DNA of 64,000 nucleotides from the NCBI GenBank assembly GCA_011109175.1, contig RDEW01000005.1:1794657-1858656 (forward strand), written 5' to 3'. The position numbers and the translations under genes are program-made. Positions within the stretch are counted from its first letter, which is position 1. The number at the start of each line of letters is the position of its first letter. Below the pieces are notes generated by a model. That model was given only the letters and a program-made list of their open reading frames with translations, did not search any database and was not told where the DNA came from. This stretch comes from Dicyema japonicum (lineage: Eukaryota > Animalia > Dicyemida). Shown one piece after another: positions 12,690-24,420 of this stretch.

Positions 12690-12890
12690 TTTTTCTCGTG
12701 AGCGTTGAGGTGACGAACTCAAAAGACATTCAAAATCTAAAGTTCTGAACAAAGGAAGTGTCAAATCCACATAGATCCGGGTTTGAATTCCGTCCAGCCA
12801 AAATTGAAAGAACTTGGAGGATCATTTGTCAGAAGCTGCACTTATAGGATGATAGTATGAAATATGTCGCCAATAATAATCAAATTCTGA
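12690..12890. repeat. ~200-bp dispersed repeat (copy 1; copy 2 at 59110-59310)
   Basis: Shared aaagttctgaa...gatccg.gtttgaat...cagccaaaattgaaa.aacttggaggatca...tcagaagctgca...tatgtcgc.aataata, with similar end points. Confidence 0.75.
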
Positions 12891-13149
12891 GAATTCAATC
12901 ATTAACAAATATGTGCTTTCGGATTCCTTTTTTGTTAATAAAATTGTGGGTATTAATATTTATTGGGATATTGTAGTTAATGCAATTCAGTTTGGTTGTT
13001 GGAATCAACGCGGAAAATGACTTCAGATTAATATAAATATGATTTAATCATCAGTTTATCTCAGAATTTATAGAAAATGTTACGTATTTTTTATTAAAAA
13101 ACAGGTTTTATCAACTTTATTCGCAATTATAGTTTTGTTATCCAAATTT

Positions 13150-13560
13150 TATCCAGTTGAAACTTATGATGTTTTTAATTTCTTAAAGACCAAGGGGTCG
13201 AAGAGCTGTTTCAGGATCTTCTGCCTACATTTTTTAGGAGGCATCAGACCAGAAATTGTATCAATGACTAATTTTTCATGAATCCTTAAAAATCTTCGTT
13301 ATGAAGAGTGAATCGCAGATCCGATCATTATTTTTGATAATTCCCATATTCATCATTACATGGAAATTAAAAAATTGATTGAAATAGCAAACCTCCACGT
13401 TCCATTACCCCTTACTCACCATTTCTCAATCAAATTGAGAATGTATTAGCACATGAAAACTATTTTTCCAGAGAAGGGGCTGAAAACGAGAAAAATTTTA
13501 AAAAAGGTTGTTTCTACCATTAAAAAAATTTAGTGATATTGGTCTGGAAATGACTCTAAT
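13150..13560 (+). mobile_element. Tc1/IS630-like DDE transposase fragment
   Basis: 'PIIIFDNSHIHH' and '(L)P.YSPFLNQIENV' motifs of the DDE_3 catalytic domain. Confidence 0.65.
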
Positions 13561-13829
13561 GTTGGGAAACCCTATAAAAGCGAAGCTTCCATCCCATGGA
13601 AGCGCTTTCGCTGTTGTCACCATACGGGCTTACAAGACTTTATGAACAGAATCGGACGATCCGTATCACACTATCTTTTCTGTTTTCATGATGTGTTTTT
13701 TTGAATTGTGAGTCGATGAAAATAAAGAATCTTTAGATAGGCCAATAACTTAAGGATCATATATTATGAAACATATCAAGCTTTTGGGGAGACCAAAAAA
13801 TCTACGTTAAGGCCAAAGAGAAATTCGGC

Positions 13830-14545
13830 AACGAGAATCCATATTGATTTCTGAATTCTTGGAGAATTTATTCATTAACCTCTGGATCCTGGCTCAATGC
13901 CTTACCGATGCGTGCAGTTTGTGCTCTGCTTGACGGGAATACAATCCGAGTTGCTCTTCGGCTATACCTTGAAGTCTGCTTGTAACTCCGATGCTGATGC
14001 GGTGGGATGATTGACAAGAAAGACTACATCCGCTGTCATGCAGACTGAGCGCTGGGAGATTCCCTATTCACACCATGATAAACTCAACAGTCATGAGGGC
14101 TATCTGAGACGCCAACTTTACTTGCCTTCTGAAACCCATAGGTCTTGACGGAGGTGTTGACAAGAGGCCGGATGGCGTAACGATCATGCCATGGAGCCAA
14201 GGGACGTGTCTTTCCTGGGATTCAACGTTCCCGAACACTTTCCCTAATAAGAGTTTTCTCAAGACATCGCTGCCCGTGGGTCCGCTGTGAGCACTACTGA
14301 AGATCTGAAAAGGAAAAAGTACCGCAGTATCGGGGACTTGTTCGTTTTCCAGCCAATTTCCGTTGAGACGTCTGGTGCTATTTCCCCGAGCATGTCTTAG
14401 TTTATCAGATTAATCGGAAGTCTTGCGGGGATGGGGATAGATGAGCCTACAATGAAGCAATGGCTCCCCTAAACATTGGGGTCGCGATCATAAGAAGTAA
14501 CTCCCATTGTGTGCTCAATGCTTGCAAACCATAATGAAACCTAGT
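13830..14545 (+). mobile_element. CRE-like retroelement, zinc-knuckle/RLE region and 3' end
   Basis: 'DKRPDGVTIMPWSQGTCLSWDST...KRKKYRSI..FVFQPISVETSG...IGVAIIRSNSHCVL'. Confidence 0.85.
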
Positions 14546-15081
14546 AATAAGAACTAACTTTTTTTAATATAATAAATTGTCGATAAAGCAACTTGGCGTT
14601 CCATGACTTGTTTACCGCTATGGCTTGTCTAGGAATTCTGGATTAATCTCCATAAAAGAAAAGGTTTTTCCCCATATTTTGGGGAGGATTCCAGATATGA
14701 TCAGACTTTCGGCACAAAAGGCTATTTTAAGTAAATCTCGCTGGCGAGGTGATTCATAATCACCTCGATCTTTAGCATCTTCCATTTCCGGCAAGGTAGC
14801 TGGAGAATTAAAAAAGCTCTATTACACTCAAGTGAACATAATCCCAATTTTCCTAGCGTGGAATGGTTTCTAGGTAAATTCATCGCGAACAATTACATTT
14901 CTGGTAAATTTGCATTTGTCCCAATAAGTTCAGCAAGTATTAGATTATGTATAAGATAATTGAATTGGGGGTCCCGATCGTTTGGCCGATAAGAAACGAA
15001 GCTAAAACTGAATAGTACGATGCTGGTGGAGAAAGTCCTACACAAAAAATACAAATTTAGTACTTTAATAATTCATTTTAA

Positions 15082-15362
15082 TTAAATTATCCCAAAAACC
15101 AAGGGTAATACCAAACTAACTAATACCTTGATCCTGATGCATTCAGACGACACCGGTTGCTGTCTGGGGAGCTGAGGTCGATACCAGGACTCATCTCCAG
15201 GGAGCGAAATTGTCTCCCAGTGGAATGAATAAATGGATCCTTTTGAAAGTCTGCCAGGCAATGGATGTCTCATGAGTAAGGTGGATCCAATGATGCCACT
15301 AAGAAAAGGGAAAGAAATCTTGAATCATGCAGCCACATGGTACCACGTGGCCAAGAATTCAT
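15082..15362 (-). CDS. Candidate small spliced gene, head-to-head with HAP40; unidentified
   Basis: ATG at 15362 lies next to the AT-rich spacer upstream of HAP40. A 25-nt GT..AAG segment plus one homopolymer correction joins it to ORF 15082..15273, which ends in a hydrophobic stretch. Confidence 0.25.
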
Positions 15363-15432
15363 CTCTTTTTAATTACATTATTAAATAAAAAATTAAATTT
15401 TATAAACAAAATTTATTTGAATTATTTTTGTA

Positions 15433-16694
15433 ATGGAAGGTGGTAACAAAACTTGTACAGAGATATTCAAAGAATATGAAGAGATAATGGATAAATTTAA
15501 AAAGTTGGTTCCTATATATAAATAAAGACGTAGTCGACGGAGTAATAACTCAGATTTGCTGAAGCGGCTTCTAGATTTGGTCAACGGTTATGAATGTCAG
15601 GGAGATTTTGATTGCGACTTTGTGGCGTATCTCCACCACCAGTACCACAAGTATGAATTTCCCGCCAAATTTATTATTATTTTCAAATTTTCTTAAAGAA
15701 ATAATAAATTAGTTTTTATAAAGAATGCACAAATCCTGAAGAACTTTTAAAAAACTTTAATGATTCCACGGAACATCTTTTAATAGCTGGGCGTAATTAC
15801 TTGAAGCACGACAGATATGCAAGAATGAATCAATTCCTCAGCTACGGAGAAGACATAGAGAACGCCATACAGTGTTTTCACGAGGCAATCGATGTAACAT
15901 GTGAGATTTATCGTAGATGGCCTTGAAAGCCAATAAGATCAATTCTGCGGTTAAATGGTCCATTGAGATTGGAAAATTTTTGAAGGTTACTTTAATCTCC
16001 AGAAAATGTAGAACTCGGGGAACTGGATCGATGCTCTTGAGTTTTTTCACTTGGCCCTCGAAAATTCCAAGAATGTGCTCATTTTGATTAACTTTTAGTT
16101 ATTTTGTGAACAAATTATCGCTAAACAATTGGCCGTGGAATGCAACATCGATCTTGGCTTGTCCTGGGTATTTTATTTATAGAGGACTATGAAGCGGCCT
16201 TCGAAATTATCAAGGATTTTTTCGACTTTGAACCTTACTGTAATAACGGTTCCTTTACGAATAATTTAAAGCCCTCTACTCCATGCACAAAGTCTTTACT
16301 GAGTTTGAGATCTCGCGTGTTCTCCTTCTTTGTGTCGTGAATGTTTTTTGTGTAGTCTCATTCTGAGAACTGTGCGTACCCAACCAAGGAAGATGACCTC
16401 AAAATTTTTCGTTTTTACTGTGCTGAGAAATTGGAAGACGATTCTACCTTTGATGCCCCCGAAAATTTGTAATCGATGTATTTATATGCGAGGTTGATTT
16501 CTGAGGAGATTTATTGGCATTTGAAGGCACTTTTGGTAGCAATTTGGGTTTATTAGATTTCTCTCGGCAATCTGAATGTGGAGGAGATTACTAAAATCCA
16601 ATGTTTGATGGACCCTGCTTTGAATCGTTTTCACTACAAACTATTTTCTGTACTCAAACAGGCGATGTTGGATAGGGCAGGGTTATTTCAATGA
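15433..16694 (+). CDS. F8A1: Huntingtin-associated protein 40 (HAP40/F8A1) orthologue; ~10 introns, mostly 23-26 nt
   Basis: Colinear matches to human HAP40 along the whole length: EYEEIMDKFKKRSRR (cf. RYRLVSNKLKKRFLR), SYGEDIENA (AYGEPLQAA), CNIDLEDYEAAF (CQLLARDYTGAL), FEISRVLLL (CEVSRVLLL), EEIYWHLKALLVA (EELFLLLQSLVMA). The last intron boundaries are uncertain. Confidence 0.8.
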
Positions 16695-16799
16695 CTCGTG
16701 CTTGACTAAATTATTTAAAATTAATTTTTGAGGAGGTTTACAGAGTTACTTGATGACTTGCTAGTAATATAGCTGATGTATAACACATTTGGAGGACTA

Positions 16800-17430
16800 T
16801 GAGAAGATTATTTTTTTAATTAGGCAACGTTTTAGAGACTTCTTTTCATCCTTAGCAATGATATACGTCAGTTTTTATGGGTTCCTTCCCCAGTAGGATA
16901 CACAAAAGGGCTCGAACTAGGTACATCGAGAGACCCATTGGTTTTTAGATTCGATTGTATGTGGGTTTTTGTCTGCTTCAAGCTATTTCGAGTTCTCCGT
17001 ATGAATTTCGTTGAGATACCTCCCACGTCCTGGAATAAGGAATAATCGGATTTATTACCGCGCATTTAATATTAATGAAAATCTGCTTGATTTAAAGACT
17101 AACAAATTCAAAAAGTATTTAATCAATGTCTCTTATTCAATATAACACGGGACACCACTGAGGGACATTTCTTTCAAAAGCCCATGTCCGTACCTTTGAA
17201 CCCCCTTTTCTGGCTAATTATTTTTGTTATAACCTCACAAGGATATAGATAAATTATATTTACCCCTGGTCCAGTAAAGGAAATCAGTGGCTAGAAGTCC
17301 GGTAGCCAATGGCAAACAACTTATTTGGTAGTTGTTTTGTAAGGGAAGAGGTTGCGTCAATTCACGACAAATGTAGGAAGTTTTCTCCACGAGTAGGTAC
17401 CCAGATGACAACAAGAGATTGTTTTTGAAT
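16800..17430 (-). CDS. Candidate spliced gene, head-to-head with CHTF18; unidentified
   Basis: Balanced-GC open frames are broken by 19-30 nt GT..AG segments between two AT-rich spacers. No start codon found and no domain recognised. Confidence 0.2.
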
Positions 17431-17488
17431 CAAACAATAATTTAAAAATAATAAAAATTATTAAATAAAATCGATTTAAATATTTAAA

Positions 17489-19439
17489 ATGAGCGATTCT
17501 CTCATATACGTGACAAATCCAAATGGAAAACGGAATTTTTTATTATTGGACAGGGATTTGTCATTCCCGGTACTTCTTATCATTACTCCCAGTCAGGACA
17601 TCACACATTCCAGTATTTCTCACAATCATTGAAGGCAGAAATGTTCGAATGGGTTTCCCTCACCTAAATATACGTAGAAACTGTCCGACTGGCGAGGGAG
17701 GAGGACGAAACGCCTGGAGCTCAGACTTCTGGAGGAATGTGGACGGAAAAATATCTCCCTGAGAAGTACCACCAACTCGTTAGTGATGAGGTAACGGCGA
17801 CTAATCAATCAGACTTGTAATAGATTCCTTCTGGATTGGTTAACCATGTGGTCTAGCAAAACGGACACCAAACAGAAGGTAATTTATGGCTAATTCTTCA
17901 GATTGCCGTTGTTTGTGGTCCCACAGGCTGCGGGAAGAGTACTATGGCAAAAATATGTGCTCAGCACGTTGGTTACCACGTTGTTCAATTGAATGTTACG
18001 AGGTAACCCGCCATATTTATTACATAGCGTTGATCACTCTCAGTTCACAACAACATTGATAAACACGACTCAGACCAAGTATTCGTTGTACTCTAACAAG
18101 CCTGTTTGTCTTATTTTGGAGGAATTGACTAAGGTTTTATATTTTTAATCTCCCCAGTCTGCCACGATATTCATCCTTTCTTTTCTTAAATCGAGAAAAT
18201 TTACAAATTTGAGGCCAATAATCTGCGTTTGTGACGATTTGTTAGTCATTCATGTAACTTCAAGATCACTTCTCCACGTTTTGAGGGACCATGCCCTTGT
18301 TCTCCACGTGCGTCGTCCCTTGGTTGGTCGTCTGGTTGATAGACTAGTCAAAGTTGGGACCTCAGTATTAATTTAGATATGTGAGAACGAACACGTGCAG
18401 TTTGAGAGGAATGCACTTTATGAGATGACCTCGTTGTCCCAGCAAGATATTCGATGGACTTTAAATGCCTTGCAATTGATGTGTCACGTGGGTCCTGTTA
18501 CAACTGGGAAAGTTTTCAAAGAATATTTGAAGGATAAACGAACAAACCACGTGACTGAAGCAGATTTGGTTCGCCTAAACGACAGTGTGTACAATCCTCG
18601 TTATAGTGTTGAATATGTAGTCATTTATTTTTATATAAAGGTTCGCTCAGCTGTGGACCTCCTCTGTATCGCAGATGTTATGAATTCGAGCACACGTGAC
18701 ACTCATGACTATTCAGTTGTAAAATTCATTCCCTTTCTTGCCCGCCATTTCAAGTTGGATGGGAAAAAACTGCTTTTTCGGATTACTGCCTCATCGAAGG
18801 ATTTTCTGGTGGTTATTTGATGTCATTAAGAACTTGGAATCCATGCTGAAGACAGGAATGCGACCAGGTGTAAGGAGACACCACCATAGAGTGATTGATA
18901 TGGCTCCCTTCTTTCTAAATATTCTTAATCTACGTATGACCAAGCAGGAATAACTCAAACTCATTCTAAGATACCCAATTTGACGAGCACACGTGGTCCT
19001 GCGGTTGAGTCTCTTGAGGATATTGCTGCCACTATGATGAACTATGGACTTGGATGGACGACGCGTGTCCTTGAGGACAATACTACCATTGTTGAATATC
19101 TCCCGTAGTACTGACTCTTAATAATAGGGATATTGAGGGATGTGTTACCTTTGGTGGAGAAGAAAACAAACTAGATATGATGAGAATTAGAAGATTGGTT
19201 CATCAAAGAGTTATTTTTGCTTTGAGTGGTAGTTGGAGATCCTCTCTTCGGATAAGCCAGTGAAACGTTCAAGCATGGCTGTCACAGCATCAGTATATCT
19301 TGTTATATAATTGTAGGATCCTAAGAGAGTGGTGATGATAGAGAATAAACCATCCTTAAAATATGAGTATAGGGGTAAAATTTACAGAGCTGTGAGGAGA
19401 CCACTTTCTATGAAATATTTTTGTAATAAATTTGAGTGA
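17489..19439 (+). CDS. CHTF18: Chromosome transmission fidelity protein 18 (RFC-like clamp loader); ~14 introns of 22-25 nt
   Basis: Spliced: MWTEKYLPEKYHQLVSDE..NRFLLDWL, Walker A VCGPTGCGKST, CLILEE, RPIICVCDD, QDIRWTLNALQ, C-terminal YRAVRRPL. One T missing in the run at ~17536-17541. Confidence 0.9.
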
Positions 19440-19559
19440 TTAATTTTCTGCCTTTCGCTTTTTTATTTTAGAGAATTTAGGTTAAGAACTGCTATATGTT
19501 AGTTAATGACAAAAACTGGGTACCGTCGTGGTTAGTGATGCCGCGATTAGCTTTGTATT

Positions 19560-19960
19560 CGATCCTACATTGTTAACTACTTGGCTGAGTTTACCGTTCT
19601 GTTTTTTACCTTCCTCGTTTCCTTAGAGGCCTCTGGGATCCACCTAACCCAGGAAAAGCCCAATGCCTGGTCGACATCCAAAGGGGGTCTTCTATTACCT
19701 ATTCTAGTGGAAAGGTTCTTACAATGCTGGATACGAATGGAAAGGATACATCCTATTCCGACCGGGGGAGGTGAATAAACCCTGTTTCAAGTTATTTAAA
19801 ACAGTTACTGAGAGTATTTTATGTAAGATCTAAAATGCATTCGATAGTGTAGAGTTGTTGAAGCAGGTTGCATGTGCTCAAAGATATCTATTTGTTTGGC
19901 TAAGAAATTATCTTCAGGGAAGACAAAGTGCTACTACCAATTAGCAAGATTGTGGAGGAT
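19560..19960. mobile_element. Two short LINE RT remnants in opposite orientation
   Basis: An RPISLLS-like motif on the minus strand (~19740) and AFDSV...WLRNYLQGRQ on the plus strand (~19840-19930). Confidence 0.4.
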
Positions 19961-20009
19961 CGGATCAACGATTTTAGGAAAAATTCAAAGATCCAAAACA
20001 CATACATAA

Positions 20010-20130
20010 AATTGGTAGAAACGTTTTGAGAAAATTAAAAACGGAGGAAGAGTCCAAATGTGGACTCCAAGCCAGATGTAATATCTTCACAAAAACTCCT
20101 AACTCTATAGTTAATTAATTTTGTTGGAAC
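20010..20130 (+). repeat. ~120-bp dispersed repeat (second copy 55720-55850, minus strand)
   Basis: Shared gaaacgttttgagaaaattaaaaa.ggaggaag...gga.tccaagcc...aaaaactc.taactctatagttaatt. Confidence 0.7.
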
Positions 20131-21539
20131 AAATAGTTAACAAAAATTAGTGACAACATTGCGTTTTTCGGAAATGGAACAATGAAGCAGTATTTTATGA
20201 TATCACTTCAATTTTTATTATAAAAGAAGCATCCTTTTCAAAATAATTAGTGTAGAGTATTACTAGAAAGCAAAGTTCCCCCAGTAAGGCCATAGACAGG
20301 ACAAAAGGTAATAAATTCGACCGATTATAGCTAACCATATTCGAAATTGCCGAATGGCGCAGTGTAACGAGTACAGGCTGAGGTCCGACGATGTGATTCA
20401 GAGTCAAGGACCTTGCTATAGGTATGCCATTCAAACCAGTAAGAAACCTATTATTAAACACTATCATGTGAACCATAGTATTTATAGCCATCCATTTACA
20501 GAAATAGAAGGTCGTTTTTAGAGGTGGTCACGTTCGCCGTAATTGGAGTAGGTCTTATCGACTCTCACGGAGGGCTACAATAAAATTCTGATAATTCGAA
20601 GTTGGATTTGTCCAGAAATTATTCCAATATGTACAAGTAAAAAACTTATCAGCTACTTCCGCTGTCAAATCCACTTTATTTTCCTCCAACGAGATGTGTC
20701 TTTGCAGTTCATCAATTCAACCTTTTCCTCGAAGGAATTCTCCTCGCACGTGATGCCATACGCAACAACTACCGCCTCGATCCCTCTGTATTACATTTGG
20801 ACCAGGCTGCGGTACCCCTCCTGTTAGCCTTTTTCCAGTTTGGATAAAGACGAAACATTAAATCCTCGTATGCGCCACCTGAGACAAGTGGATCATATGA
20901 CGCCACTCTACCTGAACTAGGGAAAACCAAAGAACAGACGAAAGGTAGAGAAATCTTTGACCAAATAGTTATTGGGGGGAATCAAACCCACTGAGTATTG
21001 TTAGCGATATGACGTCCAAACCCCTAAGGTACCTTGCCTAGTACAATAAACCACCTTTACCAACTTAGTTATGTACCTTCGGTGTGTCACACATCTCCGT
21101 CTACTACGAAAGACTATATTAACTGTTGATCCTTTTCACGGAATCCATTCACCATTCAGATAAGAATTTATTTAAGGTTTCCTTTTATCTGTCCAGCACA
21201 ATACTCGCCAAAACTTTTCGTAGAGAGCTGTTTATGTATAGGAACCAATTGCCTAGGTGACCCGACGCATGCCGCGTGCTTCCAGTCATTTAAATCTACG
21301 TCGTCAACGCCCAAATTTACAAAAGTTATTTCTGAGAAAATTTCTGTGATGGAAATAAAAGACGAATAGTAAAGGAGATAAAGAATGTCCCCGAGGAGTG
21401 CCCACTGTTATCATGATCTATTCCAAAGATTTTGCGGCACTTCGATATTTTTGCTGAAAGCTATCTATGTACCGTAGACCTCCCTGTTCTGATTATTATT
21501 ACCTCCAGGATGACAGGGTCAAAGAGAAAGAAATAAAAG

Positions 21540-21940
21540 GTTCTCAACTAACTAAGTGATCCCAGACCGACAAGGGAGAGGACGAGACGGTTGGGTCGAG
21601 AATCCTAAACAGCTCTTCTCATCGGACATGGCATCGGCTCAAAATTTCTGTATGACTGTAGATATTTCGATAGTGCATGGAATAGAAGGCAGCTCGGTAA
21701 ACTAGCCTCCTTTAAGAGTTTCCGATGTAATTCGATTAAGAGATTTTAAATGGGCTGGATTTTGTGTTCTAGTCCAATTAACCTTATTGTAGTCTCCTCG
21801 ATTGCGGATAGTTTCAATGAGGAGGATCGTGAAATCTGCATTGCCCATGAAGGACTTGCATATGTCATCGTGGGTCGGATAAATTTCATAAATCGTGGTA
21901 AGACCACCAGTTTGGTCTCAAGACCACCAAGACATAAGTA
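21540..21940 (-). mobile_element. LINE 3' end, subfamily C (...CRSGIT*)
   Basis: Alignable to 46570-46700 (+) and 63300-63590 (+): gccgatgccatgtcc.atgagaagagctgt..aggattctcgaccc...cttgtcggtctgggatcacttagtt. Confidence 0.8.
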
Positions 21941-21944
21941 ATGT

Positions 21945-22790
21945 CAACTAGTTAGGTGATCCCAGTTCCCGCAATAAAACGTGCCATCCGAAGCCTGTGC
22001 GTCTCAATTGTTCCCACTGTCGAACGGAAATGCTTTCTTTAATCTTTGCAATTTCTGTTGTCCTTTGATGATGACTTGTTTGGCATGGTAAGTAAAATTA
22101 AGCAGCCTGTCGTATGTCACTCCCAGGATTGAGAGGTTTCTTGTGACAGGTACCCGAGTATGTCCGATGAGATTTTTGGTGCTTCTTTGGACCGCCGGTC
22201 GGAGGTGAATAGAGTGCATGTTGATTTTGGAGCCGATACCGAGAGACGGTTAGCTATCAACCAATCGTGGATACAATCCACTTTCTTCCTGTGCAAGTGA
22301 GACTGTTTCTGATGTCGAACTGCTTTTTGTTGCAATGATGATGTCGTCGGCATAGGAAAGCAGTAGGAAGTTCTTGTCAATGTCTGCTGGCAGGTCGTGG
22401 AGTAAAAAATTGAATAAAGTGGGGTAAAAGGGGAACCTTGGGGCACTCCGTTTGGCAGTAAACGTAATCGTGATCTGAGGTGGCCACAGATGACCCTCCC
22501 ACGTTTTTCAAATAAAAATTGGCCAGCCATAGCTTCAAGTTAGGGCGAATTTTTGAATCAAAGATTTTTCTAATTAAATGTTTCCTCGGTACCGAGTCAA
22601 ACACAGAGTTCAAGAACGGTCATATCAGAAAATTGTGTGAGGATTACAACAATTAACTCAATCCCCGGAAGACCTAACAATCCCCAGAGTCAAGGATTGT
22701 TGAAAAATTCAACCAGACGATCTCACGGAGTTTTATAGAAAATGATGGTTTCGGATGACAAGAAGTGAATAAAGCACATTCGAAGGGCTG
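21945..22790 (-). mobile_element. Internally deleted APE-RT LINE (RT domain to GIT* end)
   Basis: FDSVPRKHLIRKIFDSKIRPNLKLWLANF, NGVPQGSP, YADD, NLSILGVTYD; terminus gggatcacctaactag at ~21950. Confidence 0.85.
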
Positions 22791-24260
22791 TGTTTTTATA
22801 CAATCAAACGCCTCACCAAGCATCTGCCCCATCTCGTTTGCAAGCAAGTCATACTTCCTTTTTTTCTCCACCTCCACAGTCTGCAAACGGTTTTGAGACG
22901 TAATGCCAACCTCTATGATAAGGACTTGTCCAGACTCCTTATCGTGTACCACAATGTCCGGTTTATTGTGCTTGACTAGCACCGAGGTACGGATAACACT
23001 ATCTACCTTAATTTGGACCTGGTGTTCTCTACTACAGATTGCACCTTATGAGTCCGCAACTTTCTGGTGTGGCGAATACCATACTTATTGCATAGTAGAT
23101 TCCTTACTACCTGCCTCTACACATAGTCGTGGCAGAGCATGGATCCGCACCGAGTGGCTAAATGATCAACCGACATGCTCCTTGACTTACAATGGGGACA
23201 TGTACCCCAAAAAATATTGCGGTCTTGCATATGCGTGTACAGCGCCTCTGATCGAGGTTAGTTTTCACCGTATTTTAGCCATTAAGGCCGACATGTGGGT
23301 TTCCAATGCTCTGAAGAGGATTTTATGAAAGGCTTTTTAAGTTGATCTTTTCCATCAAATTATTATATTGTAATTCAATCAACGCCTTCACATTTACTAG
23401 CCCACCATCATCAACAGCATACTTACAGACAAAAAAGGTCTGACAGTTCCTAGGTCGGTTGCCCATGTTTTCTCGGTCGTTATTATGGCGTGCTTCCTAG
23501 CAGACACACTTGACCCAGCAATCAGGGTGTCGTGCATTCGCATTAGGATACGCTCACTTAGTTGGACTACTCCACACAGTCCACGGCCGAATTTACCACG
23601 GGGTACATATAGTCTCTCCTTATTGGCTGCCAACACATGGACATGGTTCTCTCTGAGTACTCCACGGATCATAACATCCATCTCATCATACTCTTTGGCT
23701 CAAATTCCACAACACCTATGTAGTAGTTTAGCAACGAGACAGCATACTCATTTAATGCTAGGAACAAATTCCTTGTGTTTAGAGACGTCTTACATAATAA
23801 CTCTGCTCTTTTACGGATGCCTTCAGTAATTTGTCGCTTTGTCTCAGGCATTATAAGGGACTTTGGAGTTTTGGTAACACCCAGATACTTAAATCCTTCG
23901 TGTTCCTCTAGGACTCTCACTAACTCGCTACATACTTGCGTGTTAGTCGCAGACTTTGAATAATTCAAATCATGTCCTATACTCCCAAAGAATTCCCTGG
24001 CACAGACCCCCATGGAGTAGAGTTCCTCGGCTGTTCGAGCATGCATCTTCAGGTCATTGATAAAAAAAGGTGATTTGTACTGAAACAACCCCCTCACAAT
24101 GAACTGGTATTTGCTCAAACCGGTCATTGAGGCGGCGACTCAATGGCTCCAAACAGAGAACAAAGAGCAATGGAGACATGCTATCCCCCTGAAGGATCCC
24201 TCTTGAGTTTTACCTCGCCTATCCGGTGCCTATTATAGATCAGATGAATACTCCACCTAT
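22790..24260 (-). mobile_element. R4/Dong-like RLE non-LTR retrotransposon (RT to RLE), frameshifted
   Basis: GILQGDSMSPLLFVLCLEPLSRRLN (~24135-24200), F(I)NDLKM, FKYLG, ERLYVPRGKFGRGL, CCHC-type knuckle, HNKPDIVVHDK..LIIEVGITSQNRLQTVEVEKKRKYDLLANE. Confidence 0.9.
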
Positions 24261-24420
24261 TCATCACAGTCACTACAAAGCTGATTATTATTATTAAAAC
24301 TACAAAGCTGATGAACCACACAGGCATACACAGATTGTGAATTAATAATACATTAATTTAAATTTAAAATTTATTTAAAAAAATGAATAAAAAATCATAA
24401 GTTTTACGTGTTAGGTGGTA

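Noticed and set aside
18934-18947. 14-nt intron gtatgaccaagcag in CHTF18
   Set aside because: It restores the frame but is far below every other intron and gives a worse spacing to human CHTF18 than the 23-nt alternative.
20195-20491. 98-aa minus-strand ORF as a membrane protein gene
   Set aside because: No homologous motif, no gene-like AT spacers, and it lies among LINE debris.
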